Below, piece after piece: positions 19,328 to 29,390 of a DNA stretch of 64,000 nt (positions within the stretch are counted from its first letter, which is position 1; every line of letters starts with the position of its first letter). The notes below the pieces were generated by a model that worked only from the letters and a program-made list of their open reading frames with translations, made no database searches and had not been told where the DNA came from. The position numbers and the translations under genes were made by a program. This DNA comes from Chthonomonadales bacterium (GTDB lineage Bacteria > Armatimonadota > Chthonomonadetes > Chthonomonadales > CAJBBX01), in contig JBBIPC010000017.1 in assembly GCA_037443035.1 (NCBI GenBank), positions 26,060-90,059 on the forward strand. The letters run 5' to 3'.

Positions 19328-21668
19328 CTCTGCATCTTCGTGCTAGCTGCTGACCCAGGCATGCGGCAAGGGCCAATGCACCAACGCAGAGTAAGTAGAC
19401 ACCTACTCGGGAGGACGCCGGTTCGTAGCGGAACTCGACGGTGTGGCGACCAGACGGTAGCGTGACACTTCGGAAGACACCGCCGGAGCGCCCGATGCGC
19501 ACCCGCCGACCATCCACCATCGCGTGCCACCCGGGCCAGTACTGGTCAGCCAGCTCCAGACGGCCAGGAGCCGGCATGGTTATCGAGAGCGTCACGCGCT
19601 CAGACTCATCCCTGGAGTACTCCGCTGCCACTGTCCTGCCGTCCTCAGTTATCCCCCTGGCCCGCGGTATCGCATCGCGCCGAACGTAGATCCACATGTT
19701 GTCTCGGGACAGCACATCGGTATGCGGCAGCGCAAGAGGATGTGCGCTCAGCACGATCTTCACGCCCATGGTATCGAGCAACGACAACACTGGGCGCTTC
19801 ACGAAGACCATGTTGCCCACCTCGGGCGGACTGGGGTCTGTGCCAAGCTGGTCGCGTAACCACAGTTTGTACTGTGCTGGAAGCAAAGAGTCGTACCCCT
19901 GCGCGTCGCGGATGCCCGAGTTCGTGGCCATGTTAGGCGGCAGGACAGCCTCGGGACCTGCGAAGCTCCAGGACGTGTTGATGGGGGCTATCCTCTCGTG
20001 CCCTGCCAGCGCCTGCAACTCAGCGATCGTGCCCTGGGCCGCTCGCTCGTGCTCCAGTGTGGTCGGGGTGTTGTAGGGAACACCGTGGGCAAGGAGATCG
20101 GCACACACGATCGCTATGGATAAAGCGAAGGCGATGTCTCGACGTGTTGGATCGGGCAGCAGCACTCCAACGCAGAACGCGGTCAGCACGAAGACACCTG
20201 ACTGCCGAACGATGTCTTCGGCGGACCAAGGCACAGATCCCAGAAGCCGGTAGGCCGATACAGCACCTATGGTGATTGCCACAGCCGCGAACACGAGCAT
20301 TCCGATCAGCGGCGCTAGACGAGAAAGAGGGCTGTCTGCAGAACGTGTCAGCGCGTCATAGCCGAGACCAGCGAGCCATGCAGCCGCGAACTGCCACAAG
20401 ACAAGAATGCGTCCAGGGGAACCGGAACCCGAGAACCCAGGAACACCGAAATACAGCATGGCTGCAACCGGAGTTCCCAAGGCGATCAGCAGGGCGAACA
20501 AAGCCAGGACCGCCGGCAGGCGCATGCCACGTGCAGACCTCAGCTTGCCGATACCTGCGACGACCAAGACCAGCGGCAGGAGGCCCACGTACATCGCTCC
20601 CTCTGCATAATTGTAATACATGCCTCCTCTAGAGAAGCCAACATAGGGCCGGTCAGGAGATGCCGGATTGCCGAAGAGGTCCGGAAGTACCAAGGTGGCG
20701 AGGGCGGCCGGATGCGTCGCGTAAGCCACGTAAGCCTTGTACCCTTCACTCGTTGCCCCTCCGGCCCGATGACCATGGGCGATCTGCTCCATTGTAGGCA
20801 GTAATTGCGGCCCGGCTAGCAGGATGGCCACGACATACGCGGCTATCACGCGGACCGCGAATGGCGAGCGATTGGTGCGCTCACGCCACAGCAGCCAAGC
20901 CGCAAGGACAGTGGTGGTTCCCAGGACGTAGAATGCAATCTGGAGGTGTCCTGCGAGAAGCACTAGGGCGACGACGACGGCGAAAAGGGCGGTAGTGGTC
21001 CAGGCAAGGTTGCCCCGCAGGCGCACAAGCACCGCGCCGAGCGCTGGCAGCCAGCAGGATGTTGCCACGAACGGCGGCAGGTGGAGCCAGGCTATGTGCC
21101 ACATCGAGAAACCGTACACAGCACCAGACAGTGTGGCTGCCTGCTGGGAAGCGCCGAAGCGCATGAGGAACAGACGCATGAAACATGCTGCCAGGAATAC
21201 GTGAATTGCAGCGAACCAGCCGGCCGCTGCATCCGGACCAAGAAGAACGTGCAGAAGATTGCCGGGGTAGTAGGTGGCCGATACGTTATTCGCGACGAAC
21301 GGCGTTCCGCAGGACTGATAGGGGTTCCAAAGAGGCAGTCGCCCCGCACGCAAACTCTCCGTGGCGTATATCCGGAAGACGCGGTATTCGGCAACTGAGT
21401 CGTAGTGCAGAGGATTCCACGCCACCCTGCGCTCTGGTGGTACGTACGCAGACCATGGAGCCGCGTAAGCCAGTTGCCCCATCGGATAGAACGGCTGCCC
21501 CAGGACCAAGCTGCGCCACAGGAGGATTGCGGTGCATACCCCGTAGAGTACGAAAGGACCAAAGCGGCGGAGCATCATTCTGAGTGTTTCGGCCGCAGGA
21601 AAACGGTGCGGGGGCGGACCTGGGTATGTCGGGACCGATACCCCGGACCGGCGCTCCATGTCCGCCAT
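19311..21668 (-). CDS. YfhO-family multi-pass membrane protein (GT-C-like)
   Basis: GRLPLWNPYQSCGTPF, LAGHLQ, many TM segments, AQGYD, and C-terminal YWPGWHAMVDG...LPSGRHTVEFRYEP. Exact start uncertain. Confidence 0.85.
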   Translation of the reverse strand: MADMERRSGVSVPTYPGPPPHRFPAAETLRMMLRRFGPFVLYGVCTAILLWRSLVLGQPFYPMGQLAYAAPWSAYVPPERRVAWNPLHYDSVAEYRVFRIYATESLRAGRLPLWNPYQSCGTPFVANNVSATYYPGNLLHVLLGPDAAAGWFAAIHVFLAACFMRLFLMRFGASQQAATLSGAVYGFSMWHIAWLHLPPFVATSCWLPALGAVLVRLRGNLAWTTTALFAVVVALVLLAGHLQIAFYVLGTTTVLAAWLLWRERTNRSPFAVRVIAAYVVAILLAGPQLLPTMEQIAHGHRAGGATSEGYKAYVAYATHPAALATLVLPDLFGNPASPDRPYVGFSRGGMYYNYAEGAMYVGLLPLVLVVAGIGKLRSARGMRLPAVLALFALLIALGTPVAAMLYFGVPGFSGSGSPGRILVLWQFAAAWLAGLGYDALTRSADSPLSRLAPLIGMLVFAAVAITIGAVSAYRLLGSVPWSAEDIVRQSGVFVLTAFCVGVLLPDPTRRDIAFALSIAIVCADLLAHGVPYNTPTTLEHERAAQGTIAELQALAGHERIAPINTSWSFAGPEAVLPPNMATNSGIRDAQGYDSLLPAQYKLWLRDQLGTDPSPPEVGNMVFVKRPVLSLLDTMGVKIVLSAHPLALPHTDVLSRDNMWIYVRRDAIPRARGITEDGRTVAAEYSRDESERVTLSITMPAPGRLELADQYWPGWHAMVDGRRVRIGRSGGVFRSVTLPSGRHTVEFRYEPASSRVGVYLLCVGALALAACLGQQLARRCRVTAGV

Positions 21669-21758
21669 CCCGGTACCGCGATCAGCATGAGACCGTTGCG
21701 TCGCGGGCCGCTGTGCAGGATGCGATAGGGCGGTCTGTCGGGCGCCGAACCTGGAACA

Positions 21759-22109
21759 TCACTGGTAGTAAGCGAGGTTCTTGCGAGCGACGTCGCTATT
21801 GGGGTCCAGTCGCAGAGCTTCCTCGAAGGCGGCCTTAGCGTCGTCATCCATGCCGACCATGGCACACGTCAGGCCCAGGTCGAGCAGGATCGGCACGGAG
21901 TCGGGAGCCAGTTCGGAGGCGCGGCGGAGCTCCTCCACAGCGAGCTCGAACTCCCCCGTGAATCCGTACACGAGCCCCAATTGGTGATGAGCTTCTGCAC
22001 ACTCAGGATCGGCATCCAGGACGGCCTTGAGATCTTCGATGGCGAGAGAGTACTCTCCCGCGATCTTGTGGGCGATACCGCTCTCCAGCCGCTTCACAAG
22101 CTCACTCAT
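21759..22109 (-). CDS. tetratricopeptide repeat protein
   Basis: About three TPR units (AEAHHQLGLVY, A...FEEALRLDP). Confidence 0.85.
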   Translation of the reverse strand: MSELVKRLESGIAHKIAGEYSLAIEDLKAVLDADPECAEAHHQLGLVYGFTGEFELAVEELRRASELAPDSVPILLDLGLTCAMVGMDDDAKAAFEEALRLDPNSDVARKNLAYYQ

Positions 22110-22258
22110 GGTCCCAGCACTCCCTTCGTGGGTGGTCCGGGCCCCTGGCGGTCGGTCTTGCAGTGCCGATGCCCGTGACCTCGACGACTGTCAGGCTTCC
22201 CGTGGACTCATTAGCAATGATAGCATCCCCGGCTGGCTCTGCTAGCAAGAACGGTCCT

Positions 22259-22960
22259 TCATGGGCACAGGAGCCTACCGCACGATTCGCACGTGACGAT
22301 CGAGCCGCTCTCCCGGGCAGCCAGGACGGTGTTCTTGGGTAACACGGTCTTGCAGGCGCCGCAATGCCCGGCCTCGATGCGGGCAATGCCGACGCCGCCC
22401 TTCGTGGCACGTACCGTCTCATACCGCCTGAGTAGAGCTGTGGGAACGGACTTGGCCCTGTTAGCTCGGTCCGCCTGAAGGCGCTCGATTTCATCCTTGA
22501 GTGTGCGAGCCGAACGTACATAAGCCTGTGCTTTTGCGACGTATGCCTGTCGCGCGGCTTCGCTGGCTTGTCGGAGTTGAGCTTCGCGCTGTTTCAGCTC
22601 TTCTACGTTCTCCATCAGAAGCAGTATCCGCTCGTCCAACGTACTTCGGCGCCGTCCCAGAGCCTCCACCTCATGCTGGAGTGCATCCAGTTCTTTCGGG
22701 TTGGCGATGCGTCCCGAGTAGAGGCGACTGGTGTGGTCTTTTCGTTTGGCTTCCACAGCCTCTAGCTCCAGTTCGGCATCCAACAGTGTGGCCTCGGCCT
22801 CTTTCAGCTCATGCGCGGCCGCTCGATGTGCCATCTCAGCTTGTTGGAAAGCCTCCTTTTCGGCGGCTCCGTTATCGAGGCTCCGAAGTTGCCTGGCACA
22901 TTGCATGAGCGCTGTGTCCACCTCCTGGACTGCATAGAGAGCCGTCAGATCCTGGTTCAT
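22259..22960 (-). CDS. coiled-coil protein with C4 zinc ribbon (CT398/DUF164-like)
   Basis: Long coiled coil, NPKELDALQHE, CGAC...CESCGRLL. Start placed at MNQDL. Confidence 0.88.
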   Translation of the reverse strand: MNQDLTALYAVQEVDTALMQCARQLRSLDNGAAEKEAFQQAEMAHRAAAHELKEAEATLLDAELELEAVEAKRKDHTSRLYSGRIANPKELDALQHEVEALGRRRSTLDERILLLMENVEELKQREAQLRQASEAARQAYVAKAQAYVRSARTLKDEIERLQADRANRAKSVPTALLRRYETVRATKGGVGIARIEAGHCGACKTVLPKNTVLAARESGSIVTCESCGRLLCP

Positions 22961-23093
22961 CGACCCGTTTTCCCCCACTGCCGAAATTGTAACCGAGACA
23001 GGCCCATCCGTCAACGACTTTGGCAGGTACTTCTGTTGGTACTCCTGGAGCTTGTTACCTCTTGGTGGGTCGGCAGGTATCCTGTCCAGTGCC

Positions 23094-23813
23094 ATGACCG
23101 ACCTCGTTCACCTGAATCGCGCGACAGTCCAAGTCGAGCACGTCCACCTCGCGGCGTTGGTCTACGAACCGACGGTGCCTCGTGATCTTGTGGTAGTGCT
23201 GGCCCACGGATACACAGGATCCAAAGAGACGATGGATGTTCCTGCGGGCTATCTCTGTTCTCGCGGTTGGCCATGCGTCACGTTCGACTTCAGAGGGCAT
23301 AAGCTGGGCGGCAGCACTGGCGCAATGCTCCACGCCAGCGACGGCCTCGAGGACCTGCGGGCGATCATCGGCTTCGCAAGGCAACGCCTTGGCCAGGAGC
23401 GGGTCGTGCTCGTCGGTCACTCTTTCGGTGGTGCGGTCGCTCTGGCGGCGGTCACCGAGGAGGAGAGCATCGCGGGAGTCTCGGTGTTGGGCACGGGTCT
23501 CTCTTCCTATCATGGCTTCGACACGCCTGCCGGTGAGACGCTCATGGCCTTGCGTGGTGACTATGTTGTCGGCGCGCCGGCAGCCGCGATTCTGACGGAA
23601 TCGAGTGCCCTGCCTCTTCCCGAGCGCTCAGACGTCCCGGCGCTCTTCGTAGCTGCCCGAGGCGACATCCTGGTGCGTCCGGAAAGGGTGCGGCTTCTCG
23701 CAGAGCACTACGGTCCTTCTGCCCGAACAATCGTGGTGGACGGTAGCCATGCGGAGCTGCCTGTCCGGGCGCGAGGTCATCTGGCGACGTGGCTAGACAA
23801 TGTCAGTGCGTGA
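23094..23813 (+). CDS. alpha/beta-fold hydrolase
   Basis: LAHGY, FDFRGH, nucleophile elbow GHSFGG, GD and GSH. Confidence 0.85.
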   Translation: MTDLVHLNRATVQVEHVHLAALVYEPTVPRDLVVVLAHGYTGSKETMDVPAGYLCSRGWPCVTFDFRGHKLGGSTGAMLHASDGLEDLRAIIGFARQRLGQERVVLVGHSFGGAVALAAVTEEESIAGVSVLGTGLSSYHGFDTPAGETLMALRGDYVVGAPAAAILTESSALPLPERSDVPALFVAARGDILVRPERVRLLAEHYGPSARTIVVDGSHAELPVRARGHLATWLDNVSA

Positions 23814-24279
23814 TTGCCACGATCTCGTAACGCATCAGACCGCCAGGAGCCTTGACCTGCACCCGATCACCCACCTTCTTCCCTAACACGGCGGCGCCAA
23901 CAGGCGACTGGATGGACACGCGGTCCTCCGCAGGGTTCGCCTGGACAGGATCCACGAGTTGGAACTTCCACTCCTCACCCGCATCGAGGTCCTGGACCGT
24001 GAGGATACTGCCTAGCTGCGCCTCTTCCTGAGCTGAATCGGGTCCGTCAGTCACGATCGTGGCCGTTTCTATGGCGCGCTCCAACTCGGCGATACGGCCG
24101 TTGAGGATGGCCTGTTCGCGGCGTGCCGCATGGTACTCGAAGTTCTCCGAGAGATCACCGAAAGCCCGTGCCTTCCGCAGTGCCTCGGCGACTTCACGGC
24201 GTTTCACTGTTCGAAGGTACTCGAGCTCTTCTCGTAGCTTCTGCAGGCTGCTTTCCGTCAAGACCAACCTATCTGCCAT
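23803..24279 (-). CDS. greA: transcription elongation factor GreA
   Basis: ARAFGDLSENFEYHAA, SPVGAAVLGKKVGD; AGGAGAG RBS before MADRLVLT. Confidence 0.92.
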   Translation of the reverse strand: MADRLVLTESSLQKLREELEYLRTVKRREVAEALRKARAFGDLSENFEYHAARREQAILNGRIAELERAIETATIVTDGPDSAQEEAQLGSILTVQDLDAGEEWKFQLVDPVQANPAEDRVSIQSPVGAAVLGKKVGDRVQVKAPGGLMRYEIVAITH

Positions 24280-24471
24280 ATGCACTCTCCTGCCTGGAAC
24301 AGGCACTCTAGTTTCGTGTTCAGTTTAGCTGCGGGCGGTACTTACCCGAACACTCGCCATGAAGTCAAGCACTCATGCTGCTGTGCAAGCCTGCGCCTGG
24401 GGGGCGTCGCCGGTGTGCTATCATGGGCAACTTTCGGTTCTAGAGAGCCTTCACCGATCAGGAACGAGACT

Positions 24472-25698
24472 ATGCGTATACTAATGGTGACGTGGGAATA
24501 TCCTCCGAGAATCGTCGGAGGGATCGCCCGACACGTGGAAGAGCTCTCCTGGGCGTTGGCCGACAGGGGCCACGAAGTTCATGTGGTAACTGCAGCCTTC
24601 GGCGGGGCGCCCGCAGAAGAGGAGTACAACGGGGTTCGCGTCTATCGCACAGAACCTTACAGCCCCGTGCATGATTTCGTTCACTGGGTCCATCAGCTCA
24701 ACGCCGCGATGTACGATCGCGCCGCGAACCTGATTGGCGACTGGTTGGCTGCCGTGCCTGACACCAAGCGGCTCGATGTCAGCCATGGACTGCTCCTGCA
24801 CGCCCATGACTGGGTCGCGCATTTCGCGGCCGTGCGTCTGAAGCATGCCTTCCGAGTACCGATGGTAGCGACGGTGCATGCGACGGAGCATGGAAGGAAT
24901 CAGGGCATACACACCGATCAGCAGCGGTACATCGCTTCGGTCGAACAGGAGCTGGTGACGGAGGCATGGCGTGTCATCGTGTGCTCGAGTTTCATGCGCG
25001 ACGAAGTGCAACGCGCCCTGGGAGCGCCCTGGGACAAGATCGATGTGATCCCTAACGGTATCCGTGCAGAAAAGTTCGACTTCGAGTTTCCAGCAGATGA
25101 GGCCACGGCCTTCCGCCGGAACTACGCAGCACCCGAGGAACACCTTGTTGTCTTCTCGGGGCGCATGGTGAGAGAAAAGGGTGCCCATCTGCTGCTGGAG
25201 GCAGCGAAGATCTTGCGACAGACGGGTGTGCCTGTCAAACTGGTGGTCGTTGGTGGTGGCGAGCGCTCGCACCTCGAACAGCAAGCGCAAGAGCTCGGCA
25301 TCGCATCGGCCGTCTACTTCACAGGCTTCGTGCCTGATGACGTTCTCCTGCGTTTGTACCGCGTGGCGGACGCTGCGTGCTTCCCGAGCCTTTACGAGCC
25401 GTTCGGCATCGTGGCCCTGGAAGCGATGGCGGCGGGCACGCCGGTGATAGTGTCCGATGCAGGCGGGCTCCGAGAGGTCGTCGAACATGACCGCACGGGC
25501 ACCGTGGTCTGGAGTGGCAATGTGGACAGCCTCGTGTGGGGACTGAGGCGCATTCTCACTGACAGAGTTCACGCACTGGCGATGGCAGAAGCAGCGAAGC
25601 AGGCTGTTCGCGAGAAGTTCACCTGGAAACTGGTGGCGGAGCGTACCTCCGAGGTCTACGCGAGGATCTGGGGCGAGTATGTCACCTCTCCTTGGTAG
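24472..25698 (+). CDS. glycosyltransferase family 4 protein
   Basis: MRILMVTWEYPP, HAHDW, GRMVREKG, PSLYEPFGIVALEAMAAG. Confidence 0.92.
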   Translation: MRILMVTWEYPPRIVGGIARHVEELSWALADRGHEVHVVTAAFGGAPAEEEYNGVRVYRTEPYSPVHDFVHWVHQLNAAMYDRAANLIGDWLAAVPDTKRLDVSHGLLLHAHDWVAHFAAVRLKHAFRVPMVATVHATEHGRNQGIHTDQQRYIASVEQELVTEAWRVIVCSSFMRDEVQRALGAPWDKIDVIPNGIRAEKFDFEFPADEATAFRRNYAAPEEHLVVFSGRMVREKGAHLLLEAAKILRQTGVPVKLVVVGGGERSHLEQQAQELGIASAVYFTGFVPDDVLLRLYRVADAACFPSLYEPFGIVALEAMAAGTPVIVSDAGGLREVVEHDRTGTVVWSGNVDSLVWGLRRILTDRVHALAMAEAAKQAVREKFTWKLVAERTSEVYARIWGEYVTSPW

Positions 25699-25708
25699 GA
25701 GGCGCAAG

Positions 25709-28700
25709 ATGGGACGGGTTGCGACCGTGCCTTGGTGGGTCATCCTGATCGGTGTCGGAGTGCCCCTGTACGCACAGCAGGTATCTCTGCAACTGCCGGA
25801 GCGCAAGCCCATCGTCGGCATGAATACGCCGGCCCTGTCTCCAGATGGAAGCAAGGTCTGCTTCAGTTACAGAGGTGACCTGTGGACCGTGTCCGTCGAG
25901 GGCGGTGAGGCCACGCGCCTGACAGTCCATGACGCCCACGACGCCTATCCACGCTGGTCGCCGGACGGAAAGTGGATCGCCTTCGCTTCGGACCGGTACC
26001 CGTCCGCTTCCATGAACTACGACATCTTCGTCATGCCAGCCGCAGGGGGCGAGCCGCGACGGCTCACGTATCACACGAGCAACGAGTACCCGTTCGATTG
26101 GTCGCCTGACGGCAAGAAGCTGCTTCTGCAGGCCATTCGTCAAGGAGATGCATGGCAAGCCATCGAGCTCGATGTGGCGAGTGGCAGGACCCGTGCGCTG
26201 ACACGAGGCAGGGCCTTTGTGCGTTATGCTGTCTACTCGCCGGATGGAAAGCGCATAGCCTACTGCAGGTGCGCCCGTACTGGCAACTGGTGGAGACCCC
26301 TCTACCATGGTTCGGCCAACATGGATATCTGGCTGAGCGACCTCTCCGACGGCTCTGTCCAGCGTCTGACATCCTATGACGGAATGGACATGTGGCCCCT
26401 ATTCTCGAGTGATGGGAACACTGTATACTACGTCTCGGATGTGTTGACGCCTGGCGCACCGAACCTCGTAGCGGCCTCGATCAAGGAGAAACGACCCGTA
26501 AGCCTGACGCGTTATCCTGAGGGTTCAGTCACGTGGCCAGGCATTTCGCGCGACGGCGCCGCGATCGTCTACGTTCACTCTGGGGAGCTGTACATCTATT
26601 CGATGAGAGACCACCGGAGCCGTAAGGTAACCGTGTATGCCCCGACGGATAGCAAGGTGAACCGTCTACAGCGCATGACACTGACGAACGGAGCATCGGA
26701 GCTGGAGATCGCGCCGGACGGCAAGACCGCGGCAGTGGCTGTACGTGGGGACATCTGGGCGTTCCCAACCGAGGGACGTGGAGAAGCGCGGCGTCTAACG
26801 GCGGATCCGGCCAATGACTACGACTTCGTCTGGTCACCAGACGGTACACGCATCGCGTTCGTGTCCGACCGCAAGGGGGCGTTCGGGATCTACATCGTGG
26901 ATGTGAAAACGCTTGCCGTCCAGGAGATCGCAACGTCGGAACATGACGCGGGCTCACCCCAGTGGTCACCGGATGGCAAACGGCTGGCATACCTCTCGAG
27001 CGGTCCTGCCGGAGGGCTATACATTGCAGAACCGAGCAGCCCAGGCAGCGCTTATCGTGTGGCCGCCTCGTCTGGCAACAACCGCTTTGGCGTTGGGATC
27101 ACGGCTTACTCCTGGTCACCCGATGGCCGATGGCTCGCGTTTTCCCGTCGCGATGTCCGGAATACGACGGACATCTGGGTCGTTCCGGCGGCTGGGGGAG
27201 ATGCTGTCAACGTCACTATGACACCTGGCTCGAACGACAATCCCCGCTGGACGTCGGACGGACAGAATCTCCTATTTGCTTCGACGAGGGACCGGCTTCA
27301 AGGCGCGGACCTATACGTCTTGTCATTGCAGAAGCCAAGCGCCCGCGAGGGCCAGCCGGGCGGTGCAGATGAGCAGCTATCCTTGGGTAGCGCAGTCCTG
27401 ATCGATTTCGACGAGATCGATCAGCGAGCTAGACGGCTGACAACTACGGGCGTTACCGCGTACGGGGTCTCGCCGGACGGTCAGACCATCTACGGTGTGA
27501 CATCCTTTGGAGGAGGTCCCGATCTGTTCGCGGTGTCCTTGCGCGGCGGGCCTATCCAGCGCGTGACTACCACTGGCGACATCGCCGGACCGCCCCGCTT
27601 CGCGGCCCGTGCGTCAGGCCGGTTCTGGTGCCTAGTGGCTGACGGCGCCGTTCGCTCCTACGCACAGCAAGGGCCATCGTGGACTGCTTCGTCGCTTTCG
27701 TTCGATGCTAGGCTAGAGGTTGACCGGGAATCCGAGCGGAGGCAAGCGTTCCGAGAGTTTTGGCGGAGCCTGAAGTCAGGGTTCTATGATCCGAAGATGC
27801 ACGGCCTCTCGTGGGATCGTGTCCGTGAGCGCTACGAGCGCTTACTAGAGGGAGTCGATACCGTCGAGGAGTTCGCATTCTTCGTGTTAGCGCCGATGGC
27901 GGGCGAGCTGAACGCGTCGCATGCCGAGGTCAGCCCGCGGGTGACGGGCAATGAACCTTCCGTAGCCGATCTCGGCCTCGAATTCGACGAGGAATATGCC
28001 GGGCCGGGTGTGCGCGTTAGCGGATCCATCCGCAACGGCCCCAACGAGGGCAACGGTCCGCGCATCAGATCCGGTGAGTACATCCTGCGCGTTGACGGGA
28101 AAGACGTAACGTGGGGGGAGACGCTCTGGACTGCGCTGGCTGGCCGGGCTGGCAAGGAGACCGAACTTCTCGTGAACTCGGAGCCGAAGGTCGAGGGTGC
28201 ACGCAGCGTGAAGCTGACGCCTGTAACCCCAGAGCGCATTCGCGACCTGCAGTATGAGCAGGAGGTGCGGAACGCCCAAGCGGAGGTAGCGCGCCTCTCC
28301 GATGGACGGATCGCTTACGTTCGCGTGCGTGCCATGGTTATGGAAAGTGTGCGGCGGTTCGAGAGAGATCTGTGGGGCAAGCAGGCCGACGCCGAGGGTG
28401 TCATCCTGGACATTCGAGACAACGGCGGCGGCTCCACGCACGATCAGATCCTGGCTCAGTTGGCACGTGTAGCCTACGGTGGCACGCGTCCCCGCGATGG
28501 GGAGACTTCGACGCAGCCGTGGCGCGTCTGGAACAAGCCCATCGTTCTCCTTGTGAACGAGAACTCTGCATCAGATGCGGAAGTGTTCGCCATGGGATTC
28601 CGCAGACTTGGCCTCGGGACGATCATTGGCGCACGGACACCGGGCTATGTCATCGGTACCTATTCGGCGACGCTCCAGGATGGGACATCCTACAGAATCC

Positions 28701-28861
28701 CCATGTGGGGCTGGTTCACCGCTGACGGACAAGACCTCGAGAACGTGGGAGTAACCCCCGACATCGTGGCCGAGGGACCAGCCGAGGCACTTGGTTCTCC
28801 GGATGATCATCAGCTTCACGAGGCGGTGAGATACTTGCTTTCGAAACTACCGGAACGCTGA
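25709..28861 (+). CDS. tricorn-like S41 peptidase with PD40/TolB-like propellers and a PDZ-like domain
   Basis: Many WSPDG repeats, GELNASH, LDIRDNGGG, NENSASDAE and LENVGVTPD; signal-like N-terminus. Confidence 0.9.
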   Translation: MGRVATVPWWVILIGVGVPLYAQQVSLQLPERKPIVGMNTPALSPDGSKVCFSYRGDLWTVSVEGGEATRLTVHDAHDAYPRWSPDGKWIAFASDRYPSASMNYDIFVMPAAGGEPRRLTYHTSNEYPFDWSPDGKKLLLQAIRQGDAWQAIELDVASGRTRALTRGRAFVRYAVYSPDGKRIAYCRCARTGNWWRPLYHGSANMDIWLSDLSDGSVQRLTSYDGMDMWPLFSSDGNTVYYVSDVLTPGAPNLVAASIKEKRPVSLTRYPEGSVTWPGISRDGAAIVYVHSGELYIYSMRDHRSRKVTVYAPTDSKVNRLQRMTLTNGASELEIAPDGKTAAVAVRGDIWAFPTEGRGEARRLTADPANDYDFVWSPDGTRIAFVSDRKGAFGIYIVDVKTLAVQEIATSEHDAGSPQWSPDGKRLAYLSSGPAGGLYIAEPSSPGSAYRVAASSGNNRFGVGITAYSWSPDGRWLAFSRRDVRNTTDIWVVPAAGGDAVNVTMTPGSNDNPRWTSDGQNLLFASTRDRLQGADLYVLSLQKPSAREGQPGGADEQLSLGSAVLIDFDEIDQRARRLTTTGVTAYGVSPDGQTIYGVTSFGGGPDLFAVSLRGGPIQRVTTTGDIAGPPRFAARASGRFWCLVADGAVRSYAQQGPSWTASSLSFDARLEVDRESERRQAFREFWRSLKSGFYDPKMHGLSWDRVRERYERLLEGVDTVEEFAFFVLAPMAGELNASHAEVSPRVTGNEPSVADLGLEFDEEYAGPGVRVSGSIRNGPNEGNGPRIRSGEYILRVDGKDVTWGETLWTALAGRAGKETELLVNSEPKVEGARSVKLTPVTPERIRDLQYEQEVRNAQAEVARLSDGRIAYVRVRAMVMESVRRFERDLWGKQADAEGVILDIRDNGGGSTHDQILAQLARVAYGGTRPRDGETSTQPWRVWNKPIVLLVNENSASDAEVFAMGFRRLGLGTIIGARTPGYVIGTYSATLQDGTSYRIPMWGWFTADGQDLENVGVTPDIVAEGPAEALGSPDDHQLHEAVRYLLSKLPER

Positions 28862-28868
28862 CCTGGCA

Positions 28869-28897
28869 TTGACAAACAGAACGAGTCGTGCCATACT
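28869..28897 (+). promoter_or_regulatory. sigma70-type promoter upstream of the small protein/prepilin-like pair
   Basis: TTGACA-17 nt-CATACT. Confidence 0.65.
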
Positions 28898-29057
28898 TCG
28901 GTTGTAAAGCAAGTCCACCATCATGATGCCCCGGTATTTCAACTCTCCCGTAGTGTTCAGTGTCATGCTGCCGCAACGCATGTCCGCGCGCCCGTGCAAT
29001 GGCCGACGCCGCCAGGCGTGATGTCATACCAAAGCAAAGTGAGAAGGAGGTAAGTGC

Positions 29058-29309
29058 GTGAAGAAGAGCGTTCCTCCTGCCGTCGCCGCCGCTGTTGTGA
29101 TTGTGGCGGTCATCCTGATTGGCTGGTTTCTCTACCGGCGTACGATGGGATCAGGATTATCGACGGCGGAGGAAGAGAAGTACCTGAAGCCATTGCAGCT
29201 TGGCCCGGGCCAGCAGATGCCAGCGCCGCCCAGACCGGGTGGTCAGCTCGGTTTGCCGGGTCCAGGGCCGGGAGGGGCAGGAATGCCCATGCCACCGCCG
29301 CCCCGTTAG
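29058..29309 (+). CDS. small single-pass membrane protein with a Pro/Gly-rich tail
   Basis: Strong RBS AAGGAGG before GTG; one hydrophobic helix (AVAAAVVIVAVILIGWFLY). Confidence 0.75.
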   Translation: MKKSVPPAVAAAVVIVAVILIGWFLYRRTMGSGLSTAEEEKYLKPLQLGPGQQMPAPPRPGGQLGLPGPGPGGAGMPMPPPPR

Positions 29310-29390
29310 GCGGCCTGTCTACGGCGAGGGCGCCATCGCCGGGCGCCGCGCCGCACTGAACAAGTGCAACACTACCGAAGGAGTGCAGCA

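Noticed and set aside
24285..24310. Short hairpin TGCCTG-ttc-CAGGCA before the greA RBS as an attenuator
   Set aside because: Only a 6-bp stem without a U-tract; this is expected by chance at this GC content.
28311..28336. YVRVRAM in place of the usual YIHI motif of tricorn proteases, suggesting inactivity
   Set aside because: The catalytic His of tricorn lies in the earlier SH motif, retained here as GELNASH; the Ser (SASD) and Glu (LEN) motifs are also intact.
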